From Tubulanus polymorphus (taxonomy: Eukaryota > Animalia > Nemertea): a DNA stretch of 64,000 nt. Of the stretch, positions 1-24,823 are shown in pieces (the stretch's first letter is position 1; each line of letters begins with the position of its first letter). Both the position numbers and the translations under genes were made by a program. The notes under the pieces are model-generated. The model had not been told where the DNA came from and did no database searches. It saw only the letters and a program-made list of their open reading frames with translations. The stretch covers positions 20,246,150 to 20,310,149 of the forward strand of contig NC_134026.1 of NCBI RefSeq assembly GCF_964204645.1, written 5' to 3'.

Positions 1-150
1 CAATCGCAATTTTACATTCACTGTTCCTTTTTATCTGCCCGTTATCTTTCAGGGCCTAGTCACATAGAGATAAGTGCGATTAACTTAATCGTTTTTTACA
101 AAAGAAACTAATTTTTTTTCATGATAGCCGAAATAGCCGAGTTTTTGTTC

Positions 151-1014
151 AGGGCCCAGTTTCATAGACTGGGTATCAAAGTTATCCCTAGGGATAAATC
201 GTCAATCCGGGTGACAACCACCATAGTAACAATGAGAAACCATGGTTATAACTGACAAATTTCAAAATGTTCCCAGGGACTATCTTTCTTCCACCTCTAT
301 AAAACCCAGCCCTGGTGTTTACCTAATTTAGAACTTCCTACTCGCAGCAATTCCACTGTATTCAGAGCGAGCGGACGAGTTTTCGTTTTTTCTTTCTGTA
401 CGATATCGACAACTCTGAAATGAGAAATCAATTGATATGAACGATTCCTTCACTAGCAATTGAACTACACTTACCAATTACTCTTTTAAATCCCTTTAAC
501 CACCCAGCATCACTCAAGGCCCAGTTTCATGAAGAAATTGCACTCTAATTTTTGGTTTAGTTGTTATTTGCCACTCGGTAAGAGGCTTTTAGCCTACAAT
601 CAGTCGCCTCGATGTCCCACTATTCAATTCAAGTTCAATTTGCAGGAGGAGACTGGTAAACGTACTGTCTGGCTTCCCAAACTTTATCAAGTGTGTGAAG
701 TTTATGAAACTATTTACAGATGGGGCCCAAGACAACCCTGTTTGGTAATGGGGACAACGATTCAAACTTAACCATCTTGAGCTTAAGACTTTTTTCATGA
801 AACTGGAATCAATACATTTTCGGCATGTTTAAACCACTCACCCACTGTTCGCATCTCTACGCAAAATACAATTTTTTTCAGTTTTTTTTTCTTTCGATCA
901 GGACCCAGTTCTACAGTTCTGTGTTAAGATTTGACTCAGAGAGCTAACTCCTCAAAAATGAAATAACTCTATCTCTCTGAGTCAATTCTAACTCGCGACC
1001 GCGGAACTGGATCC
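151..1014. mobile_element. Cluster of related GGCCCAGTT-terminated MITEs (151-312, 519-806, 901-1014; relatives at ~4104-4238, 22311-22449, 50986-51085)
   Basis: Short palindromes bounded by GG(G/A)CCCAGTTTCAT/CTAC ... ATGAAACTGG/GGAACTGG. They flank TOP3B exon 7. Confidence 0.6.
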
Positions 1015-4000
1015 TGATAATCTTCGATGCGGACGCCTTAGATAATAGTTTTACATTAACAGTAATCGGGTCGTTTTTCGTTTACCTTGCTGCCTCGGCT
1101 CCTTTGATGATATTGAGAAACATTTGAGCGACTTCTTTATCGAAACTACGAACGCGATCCCAATCAATCGACAGAACCCGGCCTTGTGGATGGGCCACCT
1201 GAAAATGGCGTGAAGACGGAAATAAAGCGACAGTTTTTGTAAATAAATGATCAATTGACATTTTTCAACACTGTTGTCCCTTTTCATTCACTGCCATACG
1301 ATAGAGAGGGAAATAATTTTGCCGTTCAATAATTCTTCTCCCAGTAGCCTCTCCTGACAGGGATCAGGATTTATCTCTTTCGACCAAAATTGTGATTCAA
1401 ATAATTCTGCCAGCCAGTGCTTTATAGTTCATATCGCAAATGAAACATTACTTTCACAACAGATACGGAGATAAAGCCTGTTAATATTTCATTTCAAGAT
1501 AAAGCAAAATTACCAACTAGGGGTCCAGGGACACCATGCCCACTTGGGAAGTGGTTTCAAATGCTCAACAATCTAACAATTTCAATATTCAACGCCCTCT
1601 GGTGACCATATACAAACTTGAAACTCAATACAATCATAAAACATGTCAGCAGCTACGATTTTGTAATTGATTGTGATAACAAAAAATGCCTCGTTACTAA
1701 TTTAATATGGAAATACTAAGTTAATCTACTATTCAACGCCCCCTGGTGACCATATTCAAAACCCAATAACCTTGTAACTCACCATATTCATAGAACATGT
1801 CATGAACTACAACTTTGCAATTGATCATGGTAACAAAATATGCCTAGGTACCAATATAATAAGGAAATACCAGGTTATTCTACTATTCAACCCCCCTGGT
1901 GACCATATAGAATAACTAATTTCCTTAAAACTCACCACAATCATAGATGATGTCATGAGCTACAACTTTGCAATTGATTGCGGTAACAAAATATGTACAA
2001 ATTGGTACAAATATAATATAGAAATACTAAGATATTGTATTATTCAACGCCCCCTGGTGGCCATATACAAAAAACAATGAACTTGAAACTCACCCCAATC
2101 ATAGAACACGTTATACGCTACAACTTTCTAATTCATTGTTGTAACAAAATATGCTTAGGTAACAATATAATGTCGAAAAACTTTTTCCCACCTACGAATG
2201 AGTACTAATGACACCAAGATGGCCGCCAATTGCGTCATAATAAGCGGATCAAAAATACCTATCTCAGGTATAAAACATCCCTTTACAAAGAATACCCATC
2301 ACAAATTGCAATGAGAAATGGCAAACCAGTAGGAAGCTACAGGACCTAGAATTCTGGTCAAAATTGACATTTTTGGGCACTAAAAAGGTCATAGGACGGC
2401 CATCTTGAGTCAGATGGACCCAATTTTTCTTATGCTGATGGGCCCTTGGTAGATTCAAATATATTCGAAAGATCAAGGTAATTGATCATATCGTCTTGAT
2501 ATCGTCTCAATTTCCCTCGTAAACTTCGAAAATGTGTAAAAAGTGCTGATTTTGGCGAACAACAATGGCTGCCAGTCGGCCATCTTGATTCTGATAGGGC
2601 CAGTTTTTGGGCTGAAGATGTGTCTAGGGTAGATACATGTATAAACCAAATATCAAGACATTACCTTGAAGCGTCTTCATAACTTCCCAAAATAACTGGA
2701 TTCCGTCTACGGACGGACGACGGACGAAAAGTGAACGCAATAGCCCGCTGGGACTCAAGTCCCAAGTGGGCTAAAAAGGTGGAAAATTCATGGTCTGTGT
2801 ATCGAGATGGATAGGCAGTGAAATAGTTAAGCAGGTTCACGTACCTGAACTTGCAAAACCCAAAATGGCTCGGGTTTAAATGATTGTATCTTATCGTGTC
2901 TTTCGACACAGAATCCGAGGGTCGGGGTCTGACATGGTCCGTACGATATCAACGTGCTGTCCAAATCGCCATATTTACCCTGAATGAAAATAAATCACGA
3001 AACAACTAGACGCTTTAGAAAGAAATGGATGTTTGCATGAGATATAATTCACACTAATCGCAGGAGCCATGATTCCTAATAATAATAATAATTCATTTAT
3101 TTCTATTAAGCAGTAAATCGATTCTAGGACAATTGCCCTCCCCCCCAAATAAAATCCTTTTTGATTTGGATTAACACCACCTAAATAATTTACTTAGAAA
3201 TTCATTTGCATATTATTGAATATAGATTTATGAGATATAGAATACTGATATTGTTTGCAGATCAAAGACTTTAAATCAGTCCTTGAGTAATCAGAATTCG
3301 CCGACCAAATCAAAGGAAACTTAACTAGTCCACTTATTAGTGCATTATTTGGCTAATTTAGTGTAACTTAAGCCAATAAAAAACTTTAAATCAGTCCTAG
3401 AGTAATTAGCTGCACTTATTAGCTAGAGTTAGTTCACTTTGTCTAATTAATTAGAAGTAAATATCTGTGTAACTTTAAGATTAAAAAGATTTAATTGGGG
3501 GGGCCAACTGTCCTAGGGGGGCAATTATCCGGGGACAATCATCCGGGGGCAATTGTCCTGATACCCGTTAAATCTCATGACGACTCACAGCACTATACAG
3601 AAAAATATTCAACATTCCAGATAGTTTAAAATACAATATTCCCTTGGGTTAAAACATTTCAGTTATATCAAGTGTTATATCAATTTAGTTTTTGGCTTTA
3701 TTTGTAGTTGTAGTTTTATTATAGGAGGTAATAGGCGTAGCCCGATGTTACATCATGGCTTGAACCTCTGAATAACGAATACTTTTTGCTCGGTCCCACA
3801 GGCATTCATTGTAGAGAGGTTTTACCGTATTCGAACTCCCGAGCGAGGACTCACCTGAAAATATTTCGTTTGGAATCGCGTGAAAGCGCAGCCTACGCGC
3901 AAATCGAGCTCTTGACGCGCGTCGACCGACAACGCTTCGTTCTGATTCGGCGATCCGAGATTGTTCATCGCGCGTTTGATATCCGTTTCGGTGATTGCAC

Positions 4001-6090
4001 TAAATTTTGCGCGGAAAATCGTCTAAAAAGCGAGAGGAAAATAAATGCTGTATCTAGCGAACATTTCGGTGCCGCCGCAGCGCATGGAATTGAATCTAAC
4101 TTCGGGGCCTAGTTTCATGAAAAAGTGTAAGCCTAAAACGATTAAGTTTGAATTGTTGTCCTCACTGAAGAAAACATGAAGTAACCAATAACAATTAAAC
4201 CAAAGATTTGAGTTCAACTTTTTTGTGAAACTGTACCCAGTTATATTTGTCTAGGACCAGTCGCTCAAAGGTTGGTTAGGCTAAACTAACTAGTGGATAA
4301 CTGACCACAAGGGCTCATAGGGCTTAAAACCCTGGCTTGAACTTTCTTTCCGAATTGAGCCCCCTGCGAACTAACATAGTGACAATCAAAGCTGCACTGT
4401 TATAATCATGTTATCTAGGCCTATATGAGTTCCTAACCAACTTAAGCAACTGGCCCCATGTCTCAATGGTTAGTTTGCCGAGATCATTTGCCAGAAGTTC
4501 CAAAACAAGATGCTAAATCCAGCCTCACTCCACGCGTAAAACGCATTGGTGAAGTAAATGGCCTTCTATTCAACTGACATCTAAGACATAAGCTTAAACT
4601 TTCTCCTGTTAAGGATCAGTTGAGAATCACAATATCCGTAATAAGACGATGAGTAAAAATCCTACAATAAATGTATGTGGATATCTAAAAGGTTTAAGAA
4701 TTAGAAATATTTTGGCTGGTTGCTACCACCCTTATTCAGCCATTTTAGACTGAGGAAGGGTGATAGAACCATCCGAAATTAACTTTTTAGATTCATTCAT
4801 TTATTGTGGGATTTTAACTCATCGTAAACTATATAAGTATGTACCTGTCCGCTATTGTTTCGATTCATTACATGTTTCACGGCATCGATGACTTCAAAGC
4901 AGATATTTTCACCTTCTTTGTCGCAATCCAACCAAAGTACTAGATAATCGCTGCCACGGCCCTGATCAGAATAATTCATGATTGAAAATGAAAGTTTTCG
5001 AATTGAAATCTTGATGAACTCGAGAAAGATAGCCCAGTGTTCTCCTGATGCTGGAATCTTAAAGGGACTGTATTATGACAGCAAGGCTTTCAATTCCCCC
5101 CCCCCCCCAAAAAAAAAAATACAGAAAAAATCAAAGCTTACTTTAGGTGTAATCTTCTATTTTGCCCAATAGCTCACTATGTTTCAAAGCAAATATAAGC
5201 ATTGATAGATAAGATCCACTGTGGTAGGGGCAGATGATATTTTATAGGCCTAAGGGGTAGATCTTCACAGGGGGGTGGATGTAAAAGGCAAAGGGGTGGC
5301 CACCCTCTATAACCTTAAGTGGAGAACACTAAATCATATGTGTGTACTGTAAATTTGACTGTACAGGACTTTACCTCTTTTTCTAAGAAACTTGGCATAT
5401 GTAGATTGGCAGTAGCTTCTTTTTTCTGAGTAGGCGCTGTGAACAATTCAGCCTAAAATAACACCATATAGACCAATATGATAGATTTAATATTTGGAAA
5501 TTTACATCGGGACAGCCGACGTCACGGCAATCCTGAAGATGCATTCGGGAATTTGTGGCAGAGCGCCGATGACAGCATTTAGAGGACGTATTTCCAGTTC
5601 CTTTATAAATTAACCAACTTCAACAATCATTGCCTGTCGCGGCTTCAAGTAGTTAGTTACCGTAGCGACTGCAGTTTAGGTGTCCCTAATGGTTATGTCC
5701 CTAACCTAACCATAACACTATTCTTTAATGACACTAGCGCCACATAGTGGAAAGGTGACCTAAACTGCAGTTAGACCCTGGCGAGACTTGTACTACGAAT
5801 TAAAACGAAATGATAGATGATAGGATAGGACAGCAAATACCGCTAGGCTTACTTACTGGATCCACTTTATCCCAGTTGTTATACTTTCCGATGAAATCAA
5901 GTGTCATCACATGTCCGCAAACAGATGTCATTTTAAAACGGACAGTTTCCCCGTTCAGTTTGCCGGTCCATTCATGAACCGAACAGGCGCCGTTCGATCC
6001 CTTCCGAGATTTTACATCTCCGTTCGACAGTATTTTAGCGAGCGACTGCGCCAACGACGGCTTCTCCGCCACCATCAACGCCGTCTTCAT
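323..6090 (-). CDS. TOP3B: DNA topoisomerase III beta, first 7 coding exons (gene continues beyond window start)
   Basis: Exons 6090-5857, 5452-5375, 4961-4845, 4022-3855, 2979-2845, 1198-1086 and 414-323 splice in frame with GT/AG ends. They encode [14 protein letters not shown] (TOPRIM), [48 protein letters not shown] and [12 protein letters not shown]. The exon with the catalytic Tyr lies outside the window. Confidence 0.97.
1515..2777 (-). mobile_element. Non-autonomous Helentron-type element (HINE/DINE-1-like), copy 1, in a TOP3B intron
   Basis: 12 bp subterminal inverted repeat GCCCACTTGGGA (~1538) / TCCCAAGTGGGC (~2760), hairpin TAGCCCGCTGGGACT..AGTCCCAAGTGGGCTA, (GGAC)n microsatellite, CTAG terminus, T-rich insertion site and four ~150 bp internal repeats. 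A close second copy is at 34423-35637. Confidence 0.8.
3119..3567. mobile_element. MITE with GGACAATTGCCC subterminal repeats
   Basis: TTCTAGGACAATTGCCCTCCCCCC at the left; GGGGGCAATTATCC..GGGGGCAATTGTCCTGATACC at the right. Confidence 0.6.
4648..4823. mobile_element. Palindromic Penelope-like relic with hammerhead-like core
   Basis: Arms GATGAGTAAAAATCCTACAATAAATG / CATTTATTGTGGGATTTTAACTCATC. Plus strand CTGAGGA-A-GGGTG..CATCC-GAAA (4750-4778) with a decayed antisense counterpart at ~4711-4739. Confidence 0.55.
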
Positions 6091-6209
6091 CTTCAATTTC
6101 TTTCAAAGCGAGCTCGATAACGCGAAAAAACCATCAAATTGGGCTATAAATATGAAATTCTTTCAGAGAAGTACCCTTGAGTGGATGCCAGTACCGCCGG
6201 GATTCCACG

Positions 6210-6350
6210 CTAGATGGCGTCATCATCAAAGTGGGTTCGAATCCGGGAAAAACTATTGGTGCCAAGCGTACGGAAGCCCAGGGCGAACTCTTTTATCAGA
6301 TCGGAGAATCCGTTTGCCTCCAATCGTACTCTTTTATTGGTCACGTGACT
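6210..6350 (-). promoter_or_regulatory. Putative TOP3B proximal promoter
   Basis: 120-260 bp upstream of the ATG: CCAAT/ATTGG boxes (6255, 6320, 6336), palindromic E-box GTCACGTGAC (6340-6349), YY1-like AGATGGCG (~6212) and GGGTTCGAATC (6233-6243). Confidence 0.55.
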
Positions 6351-6389
6351 TTTTGGAGTCTCCGAAACCTCCTTTCTGTCGAGGTGGTG

Positions 6390-6590
6390 TACGGAAGCCC
6401 CTAGGTGACATAAGAGATAATTTTTTTCATAATTTCGACTTAATAAGTCGAATTTCGACAAAATATGTCGAATTTCTACATAATAAGTCGAATTTCGTGT
6501 TAATTAAGTCGAAATTCGTGTTAATTAAGTCGAATTTCGACATCGAAATTGTGAAAAAATTTTCTCGTATGTCACCTAGGGGCTTCCGTA
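6390..6590. mobile_element. MITE with 22 bp TIR and internal 20 bp tandem array
   Basis: TACGGAAGCCCCTAGGTGACAT ... ATGTCACCTAGGGGCTTCCGTA; the interior is about 5 copies of (T)TAATAAGTCGAATTTCG-like units. Confidence 0.85.
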
Positions 6591-8493
6591 CTAGCGAGTG
6601 TTCTGGTCTGCATTACACAGCGACTCGGTTCAACATAAAATTCCTTTAATCCTAAAACATTCCTGCCAGGCCGAAATTTCTTTTTGAAAATACTTTAATT
6701 TGAACAAAATGATCGAATCTCCTTCCATTTTAAGTATCAGGCAATGAGTTATCCAATTTTGTAGTGTGAATAACCAGGAATGACTGATCTGTAGGGTTCC
6801 TTCAGGAGTTTGACCTAATTTGGATGCATTATTTTAGGGTATAGGTTCACCAATATTCAGTGTAGAGGGCCTACTATCAAAGAATAGTAAGAATAACTTT
6901 CAGGTTGAAATTCTGTGGTTTCCATGTTCCTTAGTTTTTGAAGGGCTATATTACAGGTAAATAGGATATTATTGCTAATTATTGTCAAAGGAAAATTTGA
7001 TAAGAAAGGATTCGAGACGATATTTTTCAGAAAGTTGGACTTTACTGGGAGACTATTTGGATTCAGGATAAGCAGCTGGGCTAGAACTAATATTCTAGAT
7101 CACGAAATACGACACAAGACCCGAGATTTTGCAAAAAAGGAAAGAAATCAACCAAAAAAATGCATTGAAAGGACAAACATTTTCATAGAACAATATTGTG
7201 TGTATTCTTTAACTGCTTGCTATTGAAATATATACAAAAAAACTCAACTAATCTATAAGATCAACTAGAAAATATTTCTCTTCTTGGAAGCAATCTCTGG
7301 TTGAAGAATAAGTGTTTTGCAAGCCATATCACACAAGACGATTTGGCTCAGACCAGATCAAGCCCAATTTGGCCAGTGCCTAAATTACTGTCACTGCTAT
7401 AATGCTATCTAACTGATGCTGAGGTCAGGGAGGCCACTTCCAGAACTAAAAGCATTCACATGGAATAATTGAACCTGTGATAGAATAAGGCACTGGCCTG
7501 GTCCGGACGATTGTGGTCATCTTAAGATTTTTTTACACATGCCAAATGGGCAAGGGACCATTTAACAGGCAGGGGACCATTTGGCACCAGGTGCAGTTGA
7601 TGCAGGCCTAATCTGGCACGAGCCAAAACCACTCGGGTGATCAGCTCTTGGTAATAAAAACTCATTTTCAGTTAGTGTCAAGCTCATATCATCAGATGAG
7701 CTGCGAAATATCCGATTGTGAAACTTAAGTCTGGATACTTAGAACTCTCTTATAACTAGTCAGTTCATCAAAACACGCGTGAACTTTCTAAACATCAATT
7801 CGACCAACACTGCTGTCTAGCATGCATCAATACGAGCCTTATAGATACTGATGGGATACCAGCAAGGCCGAAGGAAGTGAGGATTAGGCGATAATCCGTA
7901 ATGATCGCCAGACGCACTGGGTTACCACACTTCGATTTCCTTCTACATTTCAATTAAATACGAATCAACTGTTTTAATTAGTAAATAAATTTTCAGTAAA
8001 ATCTTTACCATAACCCCAGTGAGAAAGCGAATCTTTTATCTATCCAATGAGTTGTTGTTAATTTTCGGATTTGGCAGCCTAAAAATCAAGTTCAAATTTC
8101 GTCAAAAATGAAAAGATTTTCACTACTAATAACCCAGTGTTTTGTTGCGCCACCTGGTGAGCAGTTTTGAGGCAGAGATTGTTCAAAACCTGTCATAGGC
8201 TTGGTACATCTAGTCTATCTATCTATCCATCTATCTAGTTTAATATGAGTTACAAAATATTGGTTACATGAATTACAAACAAAATCTGTAAACATTTTCC
8301 ATTAACACAAAACATATTCTTAATTCTAAATAAAAACATTTACCAGTAGGTAAAGCGTTCCAACTTAGGAACTCGTCAAGTCAAGTATGCAGTTAAAATG
8401 TACACTTCGTATCAAAAATGTTGACAAAAGTTTAATACTTTCAAAAATTATAGCAAAGTCGAGCAAGTAAAAAGATATGAGCATTGTTCTTAA

Positions 8494-9241
8494 CCCTTAA
8501 GCAACTATGTCGCCTGGGCGCTCGAATACATAGTGGAACTTCCTTACACCTATTCATTGGATATAACAAATATAGAATTTTGTCCCAAGTAAGACCATTT
8601 TATCAGATTCGGTTAGGCCACACAAAGAAATACCCTAATTTCTCAGATTTTTTCTGGAAAGTGACAAAGGCGGGCAAATTTTTTATCGCTTTTCTTAAAT
8701 AAAAAAGTTGAAATAAAAAGCTCAACCTGAGACTTATAGAACAGACGCGGGAGGGAAGTTCTTTTTTTCAACCAATGCGAAACAAATGCCAGCAATGCAA
8801 GTAGAACATATGCAAAAAACTGTATTTAGAATTAAGTGGCTCCCCAAAAACTATAAAATCAAACCGTATCAACTCATTTGATCGAAACTGAGACAATTGC
8901 TTTCGCTATTTTCACGCTTCCTCGAAATGAAGTATAAGGCAACGAACCTGGCGCTGTTTTTGTCACTGTAAATGTGGATTACCAGGAGTACGTCGAGGAT
9001 GAGCATATAAACGCAGAAAGAACTGGAATGAAGCAAAGCCTCGAATGCCCCGGCCTGAAATTCACCGCTGCGTGAAGTTACAGGGTTTGTGGTAAATGTA
9101 TTAGAAATAATTTCTATAATTATTTCTATAAGAATGATATGAGACCATGTGTACTAAGCGTAAAAAATCGATCAATAGTTGCAGCCTCTAGGCTGTTTTT
9201 CCCGGATGGCCACAATTTGAATTGGTCAACAATTGCTAGGG
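8494..9241. mobile_element. Non-autonomous piggyBac-like element
   Basis: TTAA|CCCTTAAGCAACT ... AATTGCTAGGG|TTAA: TTAA target duplication, CCC/GGG ends, imperfect TIR, no ORF. Confidence 0.55.
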
Positions 9242-9958
9242 TTAATTCGGAATCGTCGATCCGAAATCTAATTCAATTTGCACAAAATATTTGGTCCATT
9301 TAACCTGGAACCATGTAAACTATTATGCAAAATTCGGATTTTACTTAAATCTGGGCACAGTCCTTAGTAATCCGAATTAAGTGAGTTTTATTGTATGACC
9401 ATTCGAAGGCTAAACTGAAGATTATGACCATATCTAGCTCACTTCTTTGAATACTTGTTCATTTATGTAACAATACGCAGCCTGGATCCACCCTCGTGGA
9501 TCCCCAGTGCAGTGTCAAGTGTTGACAATCACTTTTTCAAGTGTGGCAACGAAATGACCAATGTCTGGCGTTAGTAGTGCTCATATAAGTAAATATTTCA
9601 ATTAAAAACAAGGCGAATGCAATCCTGGACCATGAATTGAAAGGCACGTCCAACCAGGAGCAGATCCGGGCTGCATATTGAAACCAGCATTAGTAGGCTA
9701 CAAAAGGCCTTCGTCTTTAAAATCGAAGCATCGCATTTTTATTTTCTAAAAATGCTCTTAGGCATCTCAAAAACAATTTTTTTCAATACGAACAATATAA
9801 GAATAAAAGCTCGAGCTTAGCACGCGGGATATAGTCAACCCCCGATGTATTTGTATTGAGATGTACATCACGAAAAACCTGGAGATAGGTGGGGGTGGCA
9901 GTATATGGGAGGGCGTTATCGGGGGTTGACTGTCAATGTGTTTTCAAAGCGAGCCATC

Positions 9959-10041
9959 AAAAAAATATTTGTATCATCTACATCGTAGCAATTCTTATTA
10001 AAAAAAATATTTGTATCATCTACATCGTAGCAATTCTTATT
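9959..10041. repeat. Tandem duplication of ~42 bp downstream of the PIWI stop codon
   Basis: AAAAAAATATTTGTATCATCTACATCGTAGCAATTCTTATT occurs twice in tandem. Confidence 0.9.
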
Positions 10042-10606
10042 TAAATGCAGTTACAGTTTCTGATACAAATCGATTCATAAATGCTTTTGCAGGTACAAAA
10101 TATCATCTAACAAAAAAACACCACAAAAAAAAAATGCCTCGATCTTGAGAGAACATTCCCATTCCCGGAATGTAAACTGTTCGATACATTCAAATTGACT
10201 AGTATCGATCAATACTCGTCACACCTCGTTTCACAATGAACACAGGGGATGCATAGATTTACTAGATATATAATAAGAAACAGAAAATTTGGATCCAATA
10301 AGAAATTCGCTTCATTTCGAACTGGATATATATAAAACGCATCGTTTCACAATCGCGGCGGAACACGACTGAAAAAATCCGTATTAAAACATCATACTCG
10401 AAGTACACACGGACTGTTAATAACACCCGAATCGGATCGGAACCAATCGGCAGTACATTCAAATCAAGTGGTCGCCGTCATCGCGAATGAGGTCGCCATA
10501 TTAGTAAATAATCGTAATTTCACTGCAGCGCGTCAAAGGAAACCAATCACATAATACGATGAAATGCACACTTCGCCAGTGCGGACTCCTGAGCGATGTA
10601 TTCTTT

Positions 10607-22267
<11,661 letters not shown>

Positions 22268-24597
22268 AATTAGGCCTATTCAACTGAAAAATAGTTAAAT
22301 ATTTTGAAACCTGAATCCAGTTTCACGAAAAAAACTGAACTCAAATTTTTGATGTAATTGCCATTGGTTGGTTACTTCATGTTTTCAATGAAGACAACAA
22401 TTCAAACTTAACTCATAAATCTTAAATTTCTTCATGAAACAAAGACCCAGAGCCTCGCGAATGTATATCTCCCGCATGTCCCCGAAGTAAGCCTCCAAAC
22501 CAAAATCCGGCATCAACATTCCCTTTTCGTTGAAAATTGCTACGCAGGTATTTGTTGGTATAACATCCCCCAATCATTATTCCCCAAAAAATAATCAATT
22601 CATAAGATTTCATTGCTCAAATATGAAATAAGTTTACAGGTATAGAGGCTTACACGTAGAATTCTAGAATCTAGATCAAAGACTGGCGGCGGTCAGACTT
22701 ATTGGATGGCATTATTACTTCATCTACTGATAGGCCTACATAACATTCACATATGAACTATCAATGCATTAATACATTCACGGCTTTTAGCAATTCTACA
22801 ATACAGTGTAAAGGCCATAAATTACTTGATTCACATCAGAAGTTGAGAAAACAAAAATCATCGAAGCTTGGGGTTCATATTTTATAAGACTTGCAACCTA
22901 TGAGTACTGTAGGATTGTTTAGGTAATCGTGTTTCATATCTTGACATTTGGCACCGGATAGATGACTTATGTGTGTATTAAGCTTAAAGAGCAAATGCCA
23001 TCAAAGTAGAATATTGTGTAAAATTCAATTCAATATAAAAAATACACGGATTTCATAAAGCTTAGCCCAATTAGCCAAGGCCATTCATCAGGTTTTAAAT
23101 CATTGATTTGTTTAATAATTTTGTCTTAATTGATGTTGTAAGAGGCTAATTGTACGCATGTGAAAGCGCAGTGTTTACTACTACTATCATCACCAAATGA
23201 CTGAGTAGATTCACTTGGGTGACTACTAATACACACAGCAGCCATATATTGTATTCCTATATGTACGCACATACACAAATGTATTCTATACATTGCCGCT
23301 TATGTGAGGTGATGAATTAAAGGAAACAAAGTAATAAAATACATCGTTCAAAATAGATGATTGGTAGTAACTAGAGGCCCACGGGCCTTGTGAAGTCAAA
23401 GCGTTCGGTAAAGTACCTTGCATAGCAAAGACATTTTAAAATGACTTTGAGCCCCCATTCTGCAAAATTCATTAAATTAAAAAAAACTTTCTTTTAGTCC
23501 TTCATATTTTCATAAATTTCAGAAATACATTTTGTACTCGGCTTGACTTTACAATCGGGTAACTGTGTTAGTTCTTCAATTTTGAGATTTACCAAATGCA
23601 AAAGGTTTTTTCATTTCTCGTATTGGTCACAATATCCACCCCATTGTTGTGTTCATGACGCACTTTGTGCTTACATTCCTCTTAAGACAATATTCCCTGC
23701 TGTTAGGAGCTGCTTAGGTAAGCTCTAGCTTGACCACCTCACAGAATGCACCGAGATGACATCAAGTGTAACATTTTTGTTAACTTCTTAACCGTTTTAA
23801 CATGTTATATCAGAAATAAATACCTTCTAGAGTCATATCTCATATATTTTGCCGGATATTTAGTAGAAAAAACTCTCCGTTAGCGATAAAATTTCATTGA
23901 TTTTGATTGATTGACGATCGATCTCATCTCGGTAAAGATAAAGTTATTTTTCTACAAAAATATCCGACAAAATATGTAAAATATGACTCAAGCTGGTATT
24001 TATTACGGATATAATATGATTTCAAGTGTTAAAATCGATAAGGAAAAAATAAATGTTATATGTCATGTCATCTAGGTTGATCTCGGTATATTACGTCATC
24101 TCGGTAATAAGGAGAACCAGGAATGTATGCTTATTTGGCTGTATATAAGGCAAAATATCTTTTTGGCTAGTTTTTAGCCGTACATTATTGAACAGCTCAA
24201 TCACTCAAATCAGCCAATCAGAAACGATATACATTAAAATAACTTTTTGTGGGCCGTAACCGGATCCAGCAAAATGACCACTTCCTTTTTGGAAACATGA
24301 TTTTTGGTGGTTTTAAGTCAATGATTTTAAAAGTATAAAAACAATATCATGAGTTTGTGTCTTTAGTAGGTTGAGAAGTAACGGTATTGAATTGGATAGT
24401 AAATTAATCACTAAATAATAAAATAAGCAACAACTGCAATCATTCAGCTTTCAGAACAGGATGGTGGGTTTTTTATTAGGCAACAAATTGAAAGTTGGAT
24501 CCAGTTCCACCACAGCAATGATGAGTTAACTCAAATCTTAACCTGTTAACTCACTCAAGTGGAACTGGCTTGATTTAGATCTACGAGTAATCATCTC

Positions 24598-24823
24598 GGT
24601 AAAAGTGCAGATCCGCACCTCTCGTGATTGAGGCAATCTGCTGAACGACAGAATCCTGGCTAAAATCTTTCTACCCATCTCAGTCTAGTGAAGATATCTT
24701 AAAATTAACCAATGCCAATGGCAATGTACTGAATTGCTGATGACATTTTGAATCTGAAACAATGATATTTAATGTAATTGATTGAACCGTTTACGCGGAG
24801 AGGTGCGGATCTGCACTTTTACC
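24598..24823. mobile_element. Merlin-like MITE with 8 bp TSD
   Basis: Perfect 26 bp TIR GGTAAAAGTGCAGATCCGCACCTCTC, flanked by direct repeat ATCATCTC (24590-24597, 24824-24831). GG-start TIRs with 8-9 bp TSD are typical of Merlin/IS1016. Confidence 0.8.

Noticed and set aside
6225-6250. Possible tRNA gene (GGTTCGAATCC B box)
   Set aside because: No A box or cloverleaf can be built. The same applies to tRNA-like fragments at ~11730-11800, 43335-43390 and 57130-57175, which are at most decayed SINE heads.
6410-6570. CRISPR-like look of the 20 bp repeats
   Set aside because: There are no unique spacers and no cas genes, the context is eukaryotic, and the repeats lie inside TIRs.
6152-6649. 165 aa plus-strand ORF
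   Set aside because: It spans the TOP3B promoter and a repeat-filled MITE; no protein-like features.
23368-24120. Additional transposon ends (ACTAGAGGCCCACGGGCC hairpin; ACCGAGATGA repeats)
   Set aside because: Probably TE fragments, but matching opposite ends and TSDs could not be defined.
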